Below, piece after piece: positions 48,555 to 57,141 of a DNA stretch of 64,000 nt. Numbering within the stretch: the stretch's first letter is position 1; the number at the start of each line of letters is the position of its first letter. Position numbers and translations under genes: made by a program. Below the pieces are notes generated by a model. It worked only from the letters and a program-made list of their open reading frames with translations. It was not told where the DNA came from and made no database searches. Source of the stretch: Prochlorococcus sp. scB241_528N17 (lineage in GTDB: Bacteria; Cyanobacteriota; Cyanobacteriia; PCC-6307; Cyanobiaceae); assembly GCA_000634735.1 (NCBI GenBank), contig JFLG01000084.1:4946-68945 (forward strand), written 5' to 3'.

Positions 48555-49358
48555 TTGGACGATTCATTTTTTAATGAAATAAATGACGCATTAAATATTT
48601 GTGAAAAGGATTTCATTTATAACACTTTAGAAATTGCTAATAGTAGCAAAAATAGTAACTCAGCTTATAGATTTTGGTTTAATGATTTCAGAAATAATTT
48701 TTTAAATAGGGAAGGTGATATCTATGAATTTGGAGTTTACAGAGGGGCCTCATTATTATCAATTGCATTATTAGCTAAAAGATTAGGATCTAAAAAACAT
48801 TTTTGGGGATTTGATACATTTAGTGGGTTTCCACAGTTTTCTGAGGAAGACAAATTAACAAACTTTACAAAAGCTAATGGATTTTCAGAGGAGATTATTG
48901 CGAATGCAAATCTTTTATCAAGAATAAAATTATCTAAAAACAAAAATAATGATGAAAGGTTGAGCGAAACCTTATCAAAAATTGGTAAATCTGGTTTATT
49001 TCAAGATACTTCTTATGAAGATCTTTTAAATAAAATCGACAAACTTTCACTTTCCAACATCACACTAATTAAGGGAGACTTTGCTGAAACAGTAAATTCT
49101 CATTTCTTAGAGAAAAGAAGAAAAGTCTATAGTGCCAATATAGATTGTGATTTATATAAAGGTTATGAAATTTGTTTACCTATTATTTTTGAGAATTTAG
49201 TACCGAATGGTTATATTAATTTGGATGAATATTATTCTCTCAAATATCCTGGAGCAAAAATTGCAACTGATAAATTCCTTTTAAAATATAAAGACGCAAA
49301 ACTAGTTAAAAATCAAACCCCCTCTAACGAATTCAGCAGATATTACATTACAAAGTAA
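48555..49358 (+). CDS. TylF/macrocin O-methyltransferase-family SAM methyltransferase
   Basis: 267 aa with a TTG start in the ORF track. Motifs GDIYEFGVYRGASL and IDCDLY are typical of the TylF/MycF class. Confidence 0.65.
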   Translation: MDDSFFNEINDALNICEKDFIYNTLEIANSSKNSNSAYRFWFNDFRNNFLNREGDIYEFGVYRGASLLSIALLAKRLGSKKHFWGFDTFSGFPQFSEEDKLTNFTKANGFSEEIIANANLLSRIKLSKNKNNDERLSETLSKIGKSGLFQDTSYEDLLNKIDKLSLSNITLIKGDFAETVNSHFLEKRRKVYSANIDCDLYKGYEICLPIIFENLVPNGYINLDEYYSLKYPGAKIATDKFLLKYKDAKLVKNQTPSNEFSRYYITK

Positions 49359-49694
49359 ATTATTTCTTTTTTAGATGAAATATTCAACTAATAACCTTTC
49401 CTAATTAGTAAAGTTTCTTTTGTTTTTCTCGTCAATAGACTTAGCAGATGTTTTGATAATAGTTTAAGTTATCCAGACTCTCATACAGAGTTCGATTCAT
49501 ATAATCTTGATTGACTTAATGAAGTAATTAAAGAAATAGATTCTCATCGCAAAATTTCATAGGAAATGATAGCCATGAAAATATTATCTACATAGGAAAA
49601 AAATTAAATTAAATTTAGATATTTAAATATTTTATAAACTCAATCTAAAATAAATTATTAAATTCAAAGTAACCATATCATTAGAAAAGCAATA

Positions 49695-49744
49695 TGTAGA
49701 CAAGCGGACTCCAACCGCTTACCCCCTGCATGCCATACAGTAGC
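49695..49744 (-). pseudogene. Degenerate copy of the 3' half of tRNA-Ala (att-like remnant)
   Basis: My hand alignment to 51230-51279 covers the acceptor 3' strand, a T-arm-like GCGG/CCGC stem and the anticodon arm region. It includes an exact 16-nt match, ACCCCCTGCATGCCAT, at 49721-49736 and 51256-51271, in the same orientation. Confidence 0.6.
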
Positions 49745-49875
49745 CAAAAGCCTTTGCAAATACTGGCAATTAAGGGATTATGATAGAATTTTTACATAGC
49801 TGAGTGCAGGAATAAGTGCAGTTTTGCCAAAGGGTTAATATAAATTAAAAAATTTTATTATTAAATGTATTTCAT

Positions 49876-50868
49876 TTAATAAATATATTCCTTATCAAAT
49901 GCACAATTCCAATTAGAAATTTCTGCTGAGGAAAAATCAACAAGATTGAGTGTACTTTTGGCAATATCTTTAATTTCAGTTTTTACAAAAACTAAATCCA
50001 TAACTTTTAATCTTGGAATTTCAATATCAACATCGATATCTTTATTTCTCAAAGGATAATAGTCAAATTTTTCAAATATTTGAAGTAGATCATTGAACTT
50101 CGTATTTGACAAATTTAAGGCTCTACAATTTAATTCGATTTCAATTGGACATATGGAATTTTTTAATAATTCTTCCATGCCTCGCAAAACTTTTAGCTCA
50201 AAACCCTCAACGTCAATTTTTATCCATGATATGTCCCTGAATTCAATGCGCATAAATTTACAAAATTCATCTAATTTAAAAAATCTTATTCCCTCTTTTG
50301 TTTCATTACCAATAGCAGACATCAATCCTGTATTGAATTTAGATTCACCTAATCTTTTCTTTGCATAATTTGGAATAGAAACATTGAATCTTCCAAAATC
50401 TTCTCCTAATCCCATTTGAAAAAGACTGATATCATTTCTATCTCTTAAATTCATTGAGCAATAAGCTAAGTTTTTTAAATCAGGTTCAATTCCTATAATT
50501 TGCAGACCTTTTGTATATTTAGAACATGCTCTTGAGTAGTATCCTATATTCGCTCCCACATCAATAATCAATTTCGATCTATTAATTTTTGCAATTTTAC
50601 TTATACCGTTAAAATATTGATTACGTAATAATAGATCTCTTCTCATTGCTTCTAATTGTCCATAAGTAGGAGAGTATAAAGGTATTTTATTAAAAGGATC
50701 CTTCATCTTATATATTCTTTGATCTACTTTATTTAAAACCTGAAAAAAATTATGTAAATTATAAATTGGAGAACTAATTCTACTTTGGATTCTCAATAGT
50801 AATCTAAATAATTTCTTCTTATCTTTTAATTTTAATAAATGACGTTTAAGTGATTTGATCATTTTCAT
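49876..50868 (-). CDS. FkbM-family methyltransferase
   Basis: 330 aa. DVGANIGYYS and IKIDVEGFELKVLRG match the Methyltransf_21 (FkbM) pattern. Confidence 0.75.
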   Translation of the reverse strand: MKMIKSLKRHLLKLKDKKKLFRLLLRIQSRISSPIYNLHNFFQVLNKVDQRIYKMKDPFNKIPLYSPTYGQLEAMRRDLLLRNQYFNGISKIAKINRSKLIIDVGANIGYYSRACSKYTKGLQIIGIEPDLKNLAYCSMNLRDRNDISLFQMGLGEDFGRFNVSIPNYAKKRLGESKFNTGLMSAIGNETKEGIRFFKLDEFCKFMRIEFRDISWIKIDVEGFELKVLRGMEELLKNSICPIEIELNCRALNLSNTKFNDLLQIFEKFDYYPLRNKDIDVDIEIPRLKVMDLVFVKTEIKDIAKSTLNLVDFSSAEISNWNCAFDKEYIY

Positions 50869-51229
50869 TTATACTAAATGGATATCTAATTTAATAAAAC
50901 AAAGTAAACCTGGAAATTTATTCTAAAAAAAATTTTTAAGCCTAAGTTAAATATTTACACAGATTTCCTCTCTATTTTACTATTGATCTAAGAATTTTTA
51001 TACAAAGATTAATATAGAAGATATCTATAAAAACATAAATTTATGAAACTATGTCATTTTTTCAAAAGTTTTTGAAAAGGTTATATTTTTTAGTTCTGCA
51101 AAAAAAAGATTCTTAATAAGTGTATTTTAGGGTGCATAATTGCTTTAAAAAGCTTGGAAAAGTACTTACAAAAGTTATGTTATTACTAAACACCGTCTGA
51201 AAACTATTGGTATGACTGAAAAAATTAAG

Positions 51230-51302
51230 TGGAGCCATGCGGATTTGAACCGCAGACCCCCTGCATGCCATGCAGGTGCTCTACCAACTGAGCTATGGCC
51301 CC
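51230..51302 (-). tRNA. tRNA-Ala (anticodon GGC)
   Basis: The reverse complement GGGGCCATAGCTCAGTTGGTAGAGCACCTGCATGGCATGCAGGGGGTCTGCGGTTCAAATCCGCATGGCTCCA folds as a cloverleaf. It has the G3:U70 alanine identity pair, anticodon loop AT-GGC-AT and T-loop TTCAAAT. CCA is not encoded. Confidence 0.93.
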
Positions 51303-51374
51303 ATTAATTTAATATTATAATCAAAAAAAGCTTTCCAAATATAATTTTTTTTCACTTTAATTTAACTTAATTTC

Positions 51375-53009
51375 TTAAAAACTATCCGCAAAAATTATAC
51401 CTACAACTTCGACATTCATAAGTTTAAATTTTTCAGCAAAATATCTGATTTGTTTTTCCTTAACACCCTCCAATGAAGACAAAATTAATAATTTATCTAC
51501 ATCTAAAATTTTTGAAAGTTTCTTCTCAACAGATATATTATTTTTATTCGAATCAAAATATTTAATTAGATCTGATAATGATGAATTTTCCTCTCCTACA
51601 ATAAAAAACTTAACAGATTCATTTTTAAATGAATCTAAAACATTTTTCAAAAATAAATTTAAAACTTCTATAGATTCATTATTTTTTAAATTAACTTTTT
51701 CAATTATTCTACAATTAAAAACTTCCTCTAAAACTTCTCCATCGAAAACTATTCCACTAATTTTTTCTTTTAAAATCGATGCTATTAAACCTAAAATAGC
51801 TCCAGCAAAAAATCCAAATAAAATAAAAATGTTTTTATTTGTAATCACATCACTATCAACATATGGTTCTGTTATCAGTTCCCATGGATCCTCAAGTTTT
51901 GCAGCTTCTAAATTTGTTATTTGTAGTTGATCTTCTAATTTAGCTAAAAGCTTTTCTTGCCTTTCGGCATCTCTCAATATTTGCTTAAAAGTTAAAATAA
52001 CCTCTTTAGGTCTAGATATAGATTCTAATTTTGTTTGCAAAATAAATTTCTCAGTTTCGAGATATCCAATAGTTTTTTCTTTTAGCAAGTTCGTTGTTAA
52101 TTCTTTTTCCTTTTTCTTTAGAGCAATACTTATATCGCTAGGTTTATAATTAGATTGGAGAATATATAATTCCTGTTCTATTGAGGTTAATTTCTGCATT
52201 AATGATTTATGTTCTTTAGAAGGGGTTAAAAATCCCACATACTGCAGATCATTATAACTTTCTCCTATATTGGTTAATTTTTCAATTTGTAAGTCAATAT
52301 TCTTAATTTGATCTTTAATAGATTTTCTTGACTTTTCAAACCTAGAACTAGTTATGAGTTCATTTGAAAGATTATTATCAATTGCATATTCTTGAACCCT
52401 CTGCAAGGATTTATTACTTTTTAATCTAAATTCTGATATTTGAGAATTTAAATATGCTTTTGTCAACTCGAGATTTCTTTTTTTTGTTCTTCCTGAATAA
52501 AGTTGATAAGCTTCACTCATTTGATCAAGTACAGGCTTAATTAGTTTCTTGTTATGGTCCTTATAATTTATTTGCAGAATAGATGTCTGTTGTTTTAGCT
52601 CTATTTTAAGATAATTATCTTTCCAGGTAATGAAATTAATCTCATTAAATTCAGGATTTATTTTTCTTTTTTCGGACATCACATATTGATAAACTGGTCT
52701 AAGAACTAAGGGACTTTCGAGTATGCCCACCTCCGTAGCGAGAGAACTAGCATTAGATCCTAAGTTTAAATTTCTTAATAATGAATTTTGTTGATTAGAA
52801 TCAGCTTTATTCTTGATATCTACAACTATTTCGAATTGTCCCTGATAAAATGGTTTTTTAGTCAAAGAATAAGTCAAACCTAAAATTGAGAATACTAAAA
52901 TAAAAGTGCCAAATAAATACTTATTCCTAAAAATAATTCTTTTAAACAAAGAAAGTTCTATTGTAAAATAATCTTTTGTAAATTCATTTTCATAAGTTAA
53001 GTTTTTCAT
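51375..53009 (-). CDS. Polysaccharide co-polymerase (Wzz/chain-length determinant family) with C-terminal cytoplasmic extension
   Basis: 544 aa. N-terminal TM helix followed by KKPFYQGQFEIVV (Wzz-type start), a long coiled-coil-rich middle, a second TM helix (IFILFGFFAGAILGLIASIL), then a soluble tail of about 140 aa. Confidence 0.65.
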   Translation of the reverse strand: MKNLTYENEFTKDYFTIELSLFKRIIFRNKYLFGTFILVFSILGLTYSLTKKPFYQGQFEIVVDIKNKADSNQQNSLLRNLNLGSNASSLATEVGILESPLVLRPVYQYVMSEKRKINPEFNEINFITWKDNYLKIELKQQTSILQINYKDHNKKLIKPVLDQMSEAYQLYSGRTKKRNLELTKAYLNSQISEFRLKSNKSLQRVQEYAIDNNLSNELITSSRFEKSRKSIKDQIKNIDLQIEKLTNIGESYNDLQYVGFLTPSKEHKSLMQKLTSIEQELYILQSNYKPSDISIALKKKEKELTTNLLKEKTIGYLETEKFILQTKLESISRPKEVILTFKQILRDAERQEKLLAKLEDQLQITNLEAAKLEDPWELITEPYVDSDVITNKNIFILFGFFAGAILGLIASILKEKISGIVFDGEVLEEVFNCRIIEKVNLKNNESIEVLNLFLKNVLDSFKNESVKFFIVGEENSSLSDLIKYFDSNKNNISVEKKLSKILDVDKLLILSSLEGVKEKQIRYFAEKFKLMNVEVVGIIFADSF

Positions 53010-53537
53010 TTGTTTAATATTTATGAATAAATTATTAAGAGCAATACTTAAAAATACTCACAGTCAAATTTAGTTATTTCTAAAAAAATTTAATTATCAT
53101 ATTTAATATTACCTAAAAATAGGAGGTAAACATAAGAATAAGATATAAATATATAAAAGTATCCGCCCAATCTTTATTCATAAATTATCGATTTACTGCA
53201 ATTAGAGAAATAATTTTTAAATATTATAAATTTTTTTTTACAATCAAAAATTTTTAACTCATACGAAATATCGATTTAATAATAAAGTAAATTATTTTTT
53301 ACATACAAGATTTGGAGGAAATTAGAGTTAACTTAGTCGAAAAAAACATTAATAACCTTAGAATTAAAATTAGGTCAAAATCTATAAAAAAATTTAAAAC
53401 ACTAAGATTGATATTAGTAAAGAATATTTTAAAAAAATTTAATTACAAAATTAATATAATTTAGAATATTTAAAGCATAGTTGAATGAACATAAAAGATA
53501 TCAAAATAATTTTGTATTTTAGGGTAGTTTAAGCAAT

Positions 53538-54155
53538 TTAAATTTTTCTCCAAACAGCTAGTAATTTTCCTTGAAAAATTACATTGTTTTGATCTATTTC
53601 AATTGGTTCATAATCTGGATTTGCAGCTTCAAGAAATATTTTTCCTTCTTTCTTAACAAAATACTTTAAAGTTGTTCCTACACCAGGAACCATTGCACTA
53701 ACAATAGTTCCGTTTCTAATAGAGAATGAATCTGTTATTGGCTCCATCAAAACCATATCTCCATCTGCAATGCATGCATCTATCATAGAATCCCCATTAA
53801 CTGTAAGAGCGAAAACATTTTTCTTTTTCAAAACATCGGAAATATCTAAATTCTCTTGTACATCTGAATAAGTTTCAATTAAACCTCCAGCTGCAACTGA
53901 ACCCATAATTGGTACACCTTCAATAATTTCATCAACTATTTGCATTGTTCTTGCTTTACCTTCTTGCCATGAGATGTATCCCTTTTCTTGTAAATGTTTT
54001 AAGCGACTTTGAATTGGAGCAGGAGATTTTAATCCCATAGCTTGCATCATTTGTCTAATAGATGGGCTATGTTGAAAGTCTTTCATATAATTTTTTATCC
54101 ATGCATAAAGCTCATTTTGAGCTTGGGTGAGATCATCCCCTGAAGAAGTATCCAT
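53538..54155 (-). CDS. lexA: LexA repressor
   Basis: The ORF track opens at 54227. The ATG at 54155 gives MDTSSGDDLTQAQNELYAWI, a normal LexA N-terminus. It has a winged HTH (PSIRQMMQAMGLKSPAPIQSRLKHLQEKGYI), an AAGG cleavage site and the S24 peptidase motifs GDSM and K. Confidence 0.85.
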   Translation of the reverse strand: MDTSSGDDLTQAQNELYAWIKNYMKDFQHSPSIRQMMQAMGLKSPAPIQSRLKHLQEKGYISWQEGKARTMQIVDEIIEGVPIMGSVAAGGLIETYSDVQENLDISDVLKKKNVFALTVNGDSMIDACIADGDMVLMEPITDSFSIRNGTIVSAMVPGVGTTLKYFVKKEGKIFLEAANPDYEPIEIDQNNVIFQGKLLAVWRKI

Positions 54156-54157
54156 AA

Positions 54158-54186
54158 AACAAATGTACTCTAATACATTTGTACCT
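54158..54186 (-). promoter_or_regulatory. Candidate LexA operator(s) upstream of lexA
   Basis: On the minus strand, GGTACAAATGTATTAGAGTACATTTGTTTT lies immediately 5' of the ATG at 54155. It holds two GTAC-N4-GT(A/T)T elements, each one mismatch from the cyanobacterial box RGTACNNNDGTWCB as I recall that consensus. Confidence 0.35.
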
Positions 54187-54211
54187 CTTAATAATTTTTT
54201 TGCAAGAGATG

Positions 54212-55138
54212 TTATAAAAGTAGGCAAGATAAAAGTGCTTGCTGAGCGTACATCCTATTTTCAGCTTGATGAAAAATCCTACTATTCTTACTTTCAATTA
54301 TCTCATCAGTTATCTCTTTCGATCTATAAGCAGGAAGACAATGAAGGATAATTGCATCTTTATCTGCCTTATTTACTAAATTACTATTAATAGTAAATCC
54401 ATAAAAATCTTTATCCTTCTCTTCCTTTTTACTTTCTTCGCCCATCGATGACCAAACATCTGTATAGAGAACATTTGCCCCCAAAACAGCATTGTTTGGA
54501 TCATTAGTGATCTTTAATAAATTCTTATTTTTATATATTTCATTTGCTTTTTGAATCACCAAGGGATTTGGTTCATATCCTTTAGGGCATGCAATTCTTA
54601 TTTCTACTCCCAATAATGCTCCACACAAAATTAGAGAATTTGCGACGTTATTACCATCTCCTATAAATGTCAACACAACTTTTTTAAAATCAAAAAATTC
54701 CTCCTTAATTGTCAAAAAATCTGCTAAAGCTTGACATGGATGTTCTAAATCTGTAAGAGCATTAATAACTGGTTTGGTAGACCATTTGGCGTATTCTTCC
54801 AAATCTGAATGATTAAAAGTTCTAATTGCAATTACATCGCAATATCTACTCAAAACCCTTGCAGTATCTTTAATTGGTTCTCCTCTACCTATTTGTGAAG
54901 TTGTTGGATTGAGATCGATAGTACTACCTCCAAGTCTTGACATTGCAACTTGAAAACTAACTCTTGTACGGGTTGATGACTTATCGAATATTAAGCCTAA
55001 TACTTTATCATTTAGTTCAATTTTTAAATCTTTATTTTTAAAATTTGCAGCAAGGTCAAGGATATGGATCACTTCTTCGGTTGATACATCCAAGCTTGAT
55101 AAAAAATTGTTTTTAGCTAGCTTGATTGGATTTAGCAT
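54212..55138 (-). CDS. argF: Ornithine carbamoyltransferase
   Basis: 308 aa. Motifs FDKSSTRTRVSF, HPCQALAD, DVWSSMGE and HCLPAYR are diagnostic. Confidence 0.92.
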   Translation of the reverse strand: MLNPIKLAKNNFLSSLDVSTEEVIHILDLAANFKNKDLKIELNDKVLGLIFDKSSTRTRVSFQVAMSRLGGSTIDLNPTTSQIGRGEPIKDTARVLSRYCDVIAIRTFNHSDLEEYAKWSTKPVINALTDLEHPCQALADFLTIKEEFFDFKKVVLTFIGDGNNVANSLILCGALLGVEIRIACPKGYEPNPLVIQKANEIYKNKNLLKITNDPNNAVLGANVLYTDVWSSMGEESKKEEKDKDFYGFTINSNLVNKADKDAIILHCLPAYRSKEITDEIIESKNSRIFHQAENRMYAQQALLSCLLL

Positions 55139-55165
55139 CTAATTTTCTTTAAAGAATTTATTTTA

Positions 55166-57040
55166 CTATGCAGGCATTTTACTTTCTTCTAGGAGTGTTT
55201 TAAGATCTTCTCCTTCTATTACTTCTTCTTTGAGAATTTTCTGTGAAATAGATTCAAGAAGAGATAAATTATTCCTTAAAATTTTGAGTGCAGTTTCATG
55301 TGCATCATCAACTAAATCTCTAACCTCTTTATCTATTGCTTGAGCAGTAGCATCACTAACTGATCTTCTAGGGTTATTCCCATTCCCTAAAAACTGACCT
55401 CCTCCTTGCTTGTCATAAGCAAGAGGTCCGAGAATATCGCTCATTCCGAATGTGCCAACCATCTGTTCTGCAATATCTGTTGCTCTTTGTAAATCATTTG
55501 AAGCTCCCGTAGTAATTTTTCCAAATACAACCTCTTCAGCAGACCTTCCTCCGAGAAGTGTAGCTATTTGCCCTTTTAATTCTTCTTTTGAATTTAAGAA
55601 TCTTTCTTCAGTTGGCAATTGAAGAGTATAACCAAGTGCACTCATTCCTCTTGGAACAATTGAAATCTTTGCGACTTTAGAACCTCCAGGCATAAGATGG
55701 CCAACTATAGCATGACCAACCTCGTGATAAGCGACAACTTTCTTTTCATCATCTTGCAAAACACGACTCTTCTTTTCAAGACCAGCAACAACTCTCTCTA
55801 TCGCTTCGCTTAGGTCTTGTTGTTCTACACTTTTCCTCTTTGCTCTGGCTGCAAGTAAAGCCGCTTCATTTACCATATTAGCTAGATCAGCTCCTGCGAA
55901 TCCACTTGTAGCTTGGGCGATAGAATCTAAGTCTATTGAATCTGCAAGTTTAACTTTTTTTGTATAGATCTCTAATATAGTTTTTCTACCAGATAAATCT
56001 GGTCTATCAACTAAGACTTGCCTGTCAAATCTTCCTGGCCTTAAAAGTGCCGCATCAAGCACTTCTGGCTGGTTTGTAGCAGCTAACACTATGACTGGTT
56101 TATCTGCTGAAGCAAAGCCATCCATTTCTGTGAGGAGCTGATTTAAAGTTTGTTCTCTCTCATCATTACCACCAACTACTCCCATTGATCCTGAACGACT
56201 TTTGCCTATAGCATCCAATTCATCAATAAAGATAATACATGGAGCTTTTTTCTTTGCTTGTTCAAATAGATCTCTCACTCTTGCAGCACCTGCACCAACA
56301 AAAAGCTCAACGAATTCAGAACCTGAAATTATAAAAAAAGGAACTTCTGCTTCACCCGCAACAGCTTTTGAAAGAAGAGTTTTTCCAGTTCCTGGAGGTC
56401 CCACAAGAAGCACGCCTTTTGGTATTCGCGCACCGATATCTGTGTACCTCTCAGGTTTTTTCAGAAAATCAACTATTTCCGTCAATTCGTCCTTGGCTTC
56501 ATCAACTCCAGCCACGTCAGCAAATGTTACTTTTGATTCATCATCAGGGACATAAACCTTTGCTTTACTTTTAGTGAAACTTAAAGCTCCTTGAGCACCT
56601 CCGCCTCCCATACTTCTTCTAGCGAAAAATTGCAACACAAGGATAAAAATTAAAGGAGGAACAACCCAACTCAATATGGTTGAGAAGAAATTAGGTTTCT
56701 TTGGAGGAGCAGCAGCGAATTCAACCCCTTTACTTTCTAATCTTTGTGGCAGGTCCATATCAAAAATTGGAGTTGTTGCTAAAACAGAAGGTGCTCCTTC
56801 TTCAGCTCCATTTAACTCGTATCTGATTTGTTCTTGGGTAATATATGCTCTCTTAACCTCTCCATCATTAACTTGATCAATAAATAAGGAGTAAGGAACC
56901 CTAGGGATTTGCATATTTTGATTAGGGAAAAGGCTACTAAATAAAAGTAGTGCTCCAACTCCTATCAAAATGATATTTACAATTCCAAATCTTCTATTAG
57001 GTTGATTATCGTCTTGTCTTATTGGCATAATTGTGGGCAA
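55166..57040 (-). CDS. ftsH: ATP-dependent zinc metalloprotease FtsH
   Basis: 624 aa. Two N-terminal TM helices, Walker [11 protein letters not shown], Walker [33 protein letters not shown] and the zinc motif HEVGHA. Confidence 0.95.
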   Translation of the reverse strand: MPTIMPIRQDDNQPNRRFGIVNIILIGVGALLLFSSLFPNQNMQIPRVPYSLFIDQVNDGEVKRAYITQEQIRYELNGAEEGAPSVLATTPIFDMDLPQRLESKGVEFAAAPPKKPNFFSTILSWVVPPLIFILVLQFFARRSMGGGGAQGALSFTKSKAKVYVPDDESKVTFADVAGVDEAKDELTEIVDFLKKPERYTDIGARIPKGVLLVGPPGTGKTLLSKAVAGEAEVPFFIISGSEFVELFVGAGAARVRDLFEQAKKKAPCIIFIDELDAIGKSRSGSMGVVGGNDEREQTLNQLLTEMDGFASADKPVIVLAATNQPEVLDAALLRPGRFDRQVLVDRPDLSGRKTILEIYTKKVKLADSIDLDSIAQATSGFAGADLANMVNEAALLAARAKRKSVEQQDLSEAIERVVAGLEKKSRVLQDDEKKVVAYHEVGHAIVGHLMPGGSKVAKISIVPRGMSALGYTLQLPTEERFLNSKEELKGQIATLLGGRSAEEVVFGKITTGASNDLQRATDIAEQMVGTFGMSDILGPLAYDKQGGGQFLGNGNNPRRSVSDATAQAIDKEVRDLVDDAHETALKILRNNLSLLESISQKILKEEVIEGEDLKTLLEESKMPA

Positions 57041-57141
57041 ATTTGAACTTATTATAAACTAAACCAACAGTTTCCGTATCTGTATTGTTTTTTTTGGGTA
57101 AGAACCGTACGGTACTTTAACTCAAATAAATATCTTAAAAA

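Noticed and set aside
54156-54227. Longer lexA start at 54227 overlapping argF
   Set aside because: The extra 24 residues (MPTFITSLAKKLLRGTNVLEYICF) precede a perfectly normal LexA N-terminus and would be translated across the candidate operator. I therefore preferred the shorter CDS, though this is not proven.
56202-56876. Plus-strand ORFs (56202-56555, 56368-56574, 56676-56876) antisense to ftsH
   Set aside because: They lie wholly inside a strongly supported ftsH CDS. Their sequences are low-complexity, Ser/Pro/Ala-rich and typical of shadow frames, with no motifs.
57104-57113. Perfect 10-bp palindrome ACCGTACGGT between the ribD stop and the ftsH start
   Set aside because: It is too short and has no loop, so it cannot form a convincing terminator. 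It does not fit the LexA box spacing. A single palindrome of this size can arise by chance, so I noted it only as a possible ftsH upstream element.
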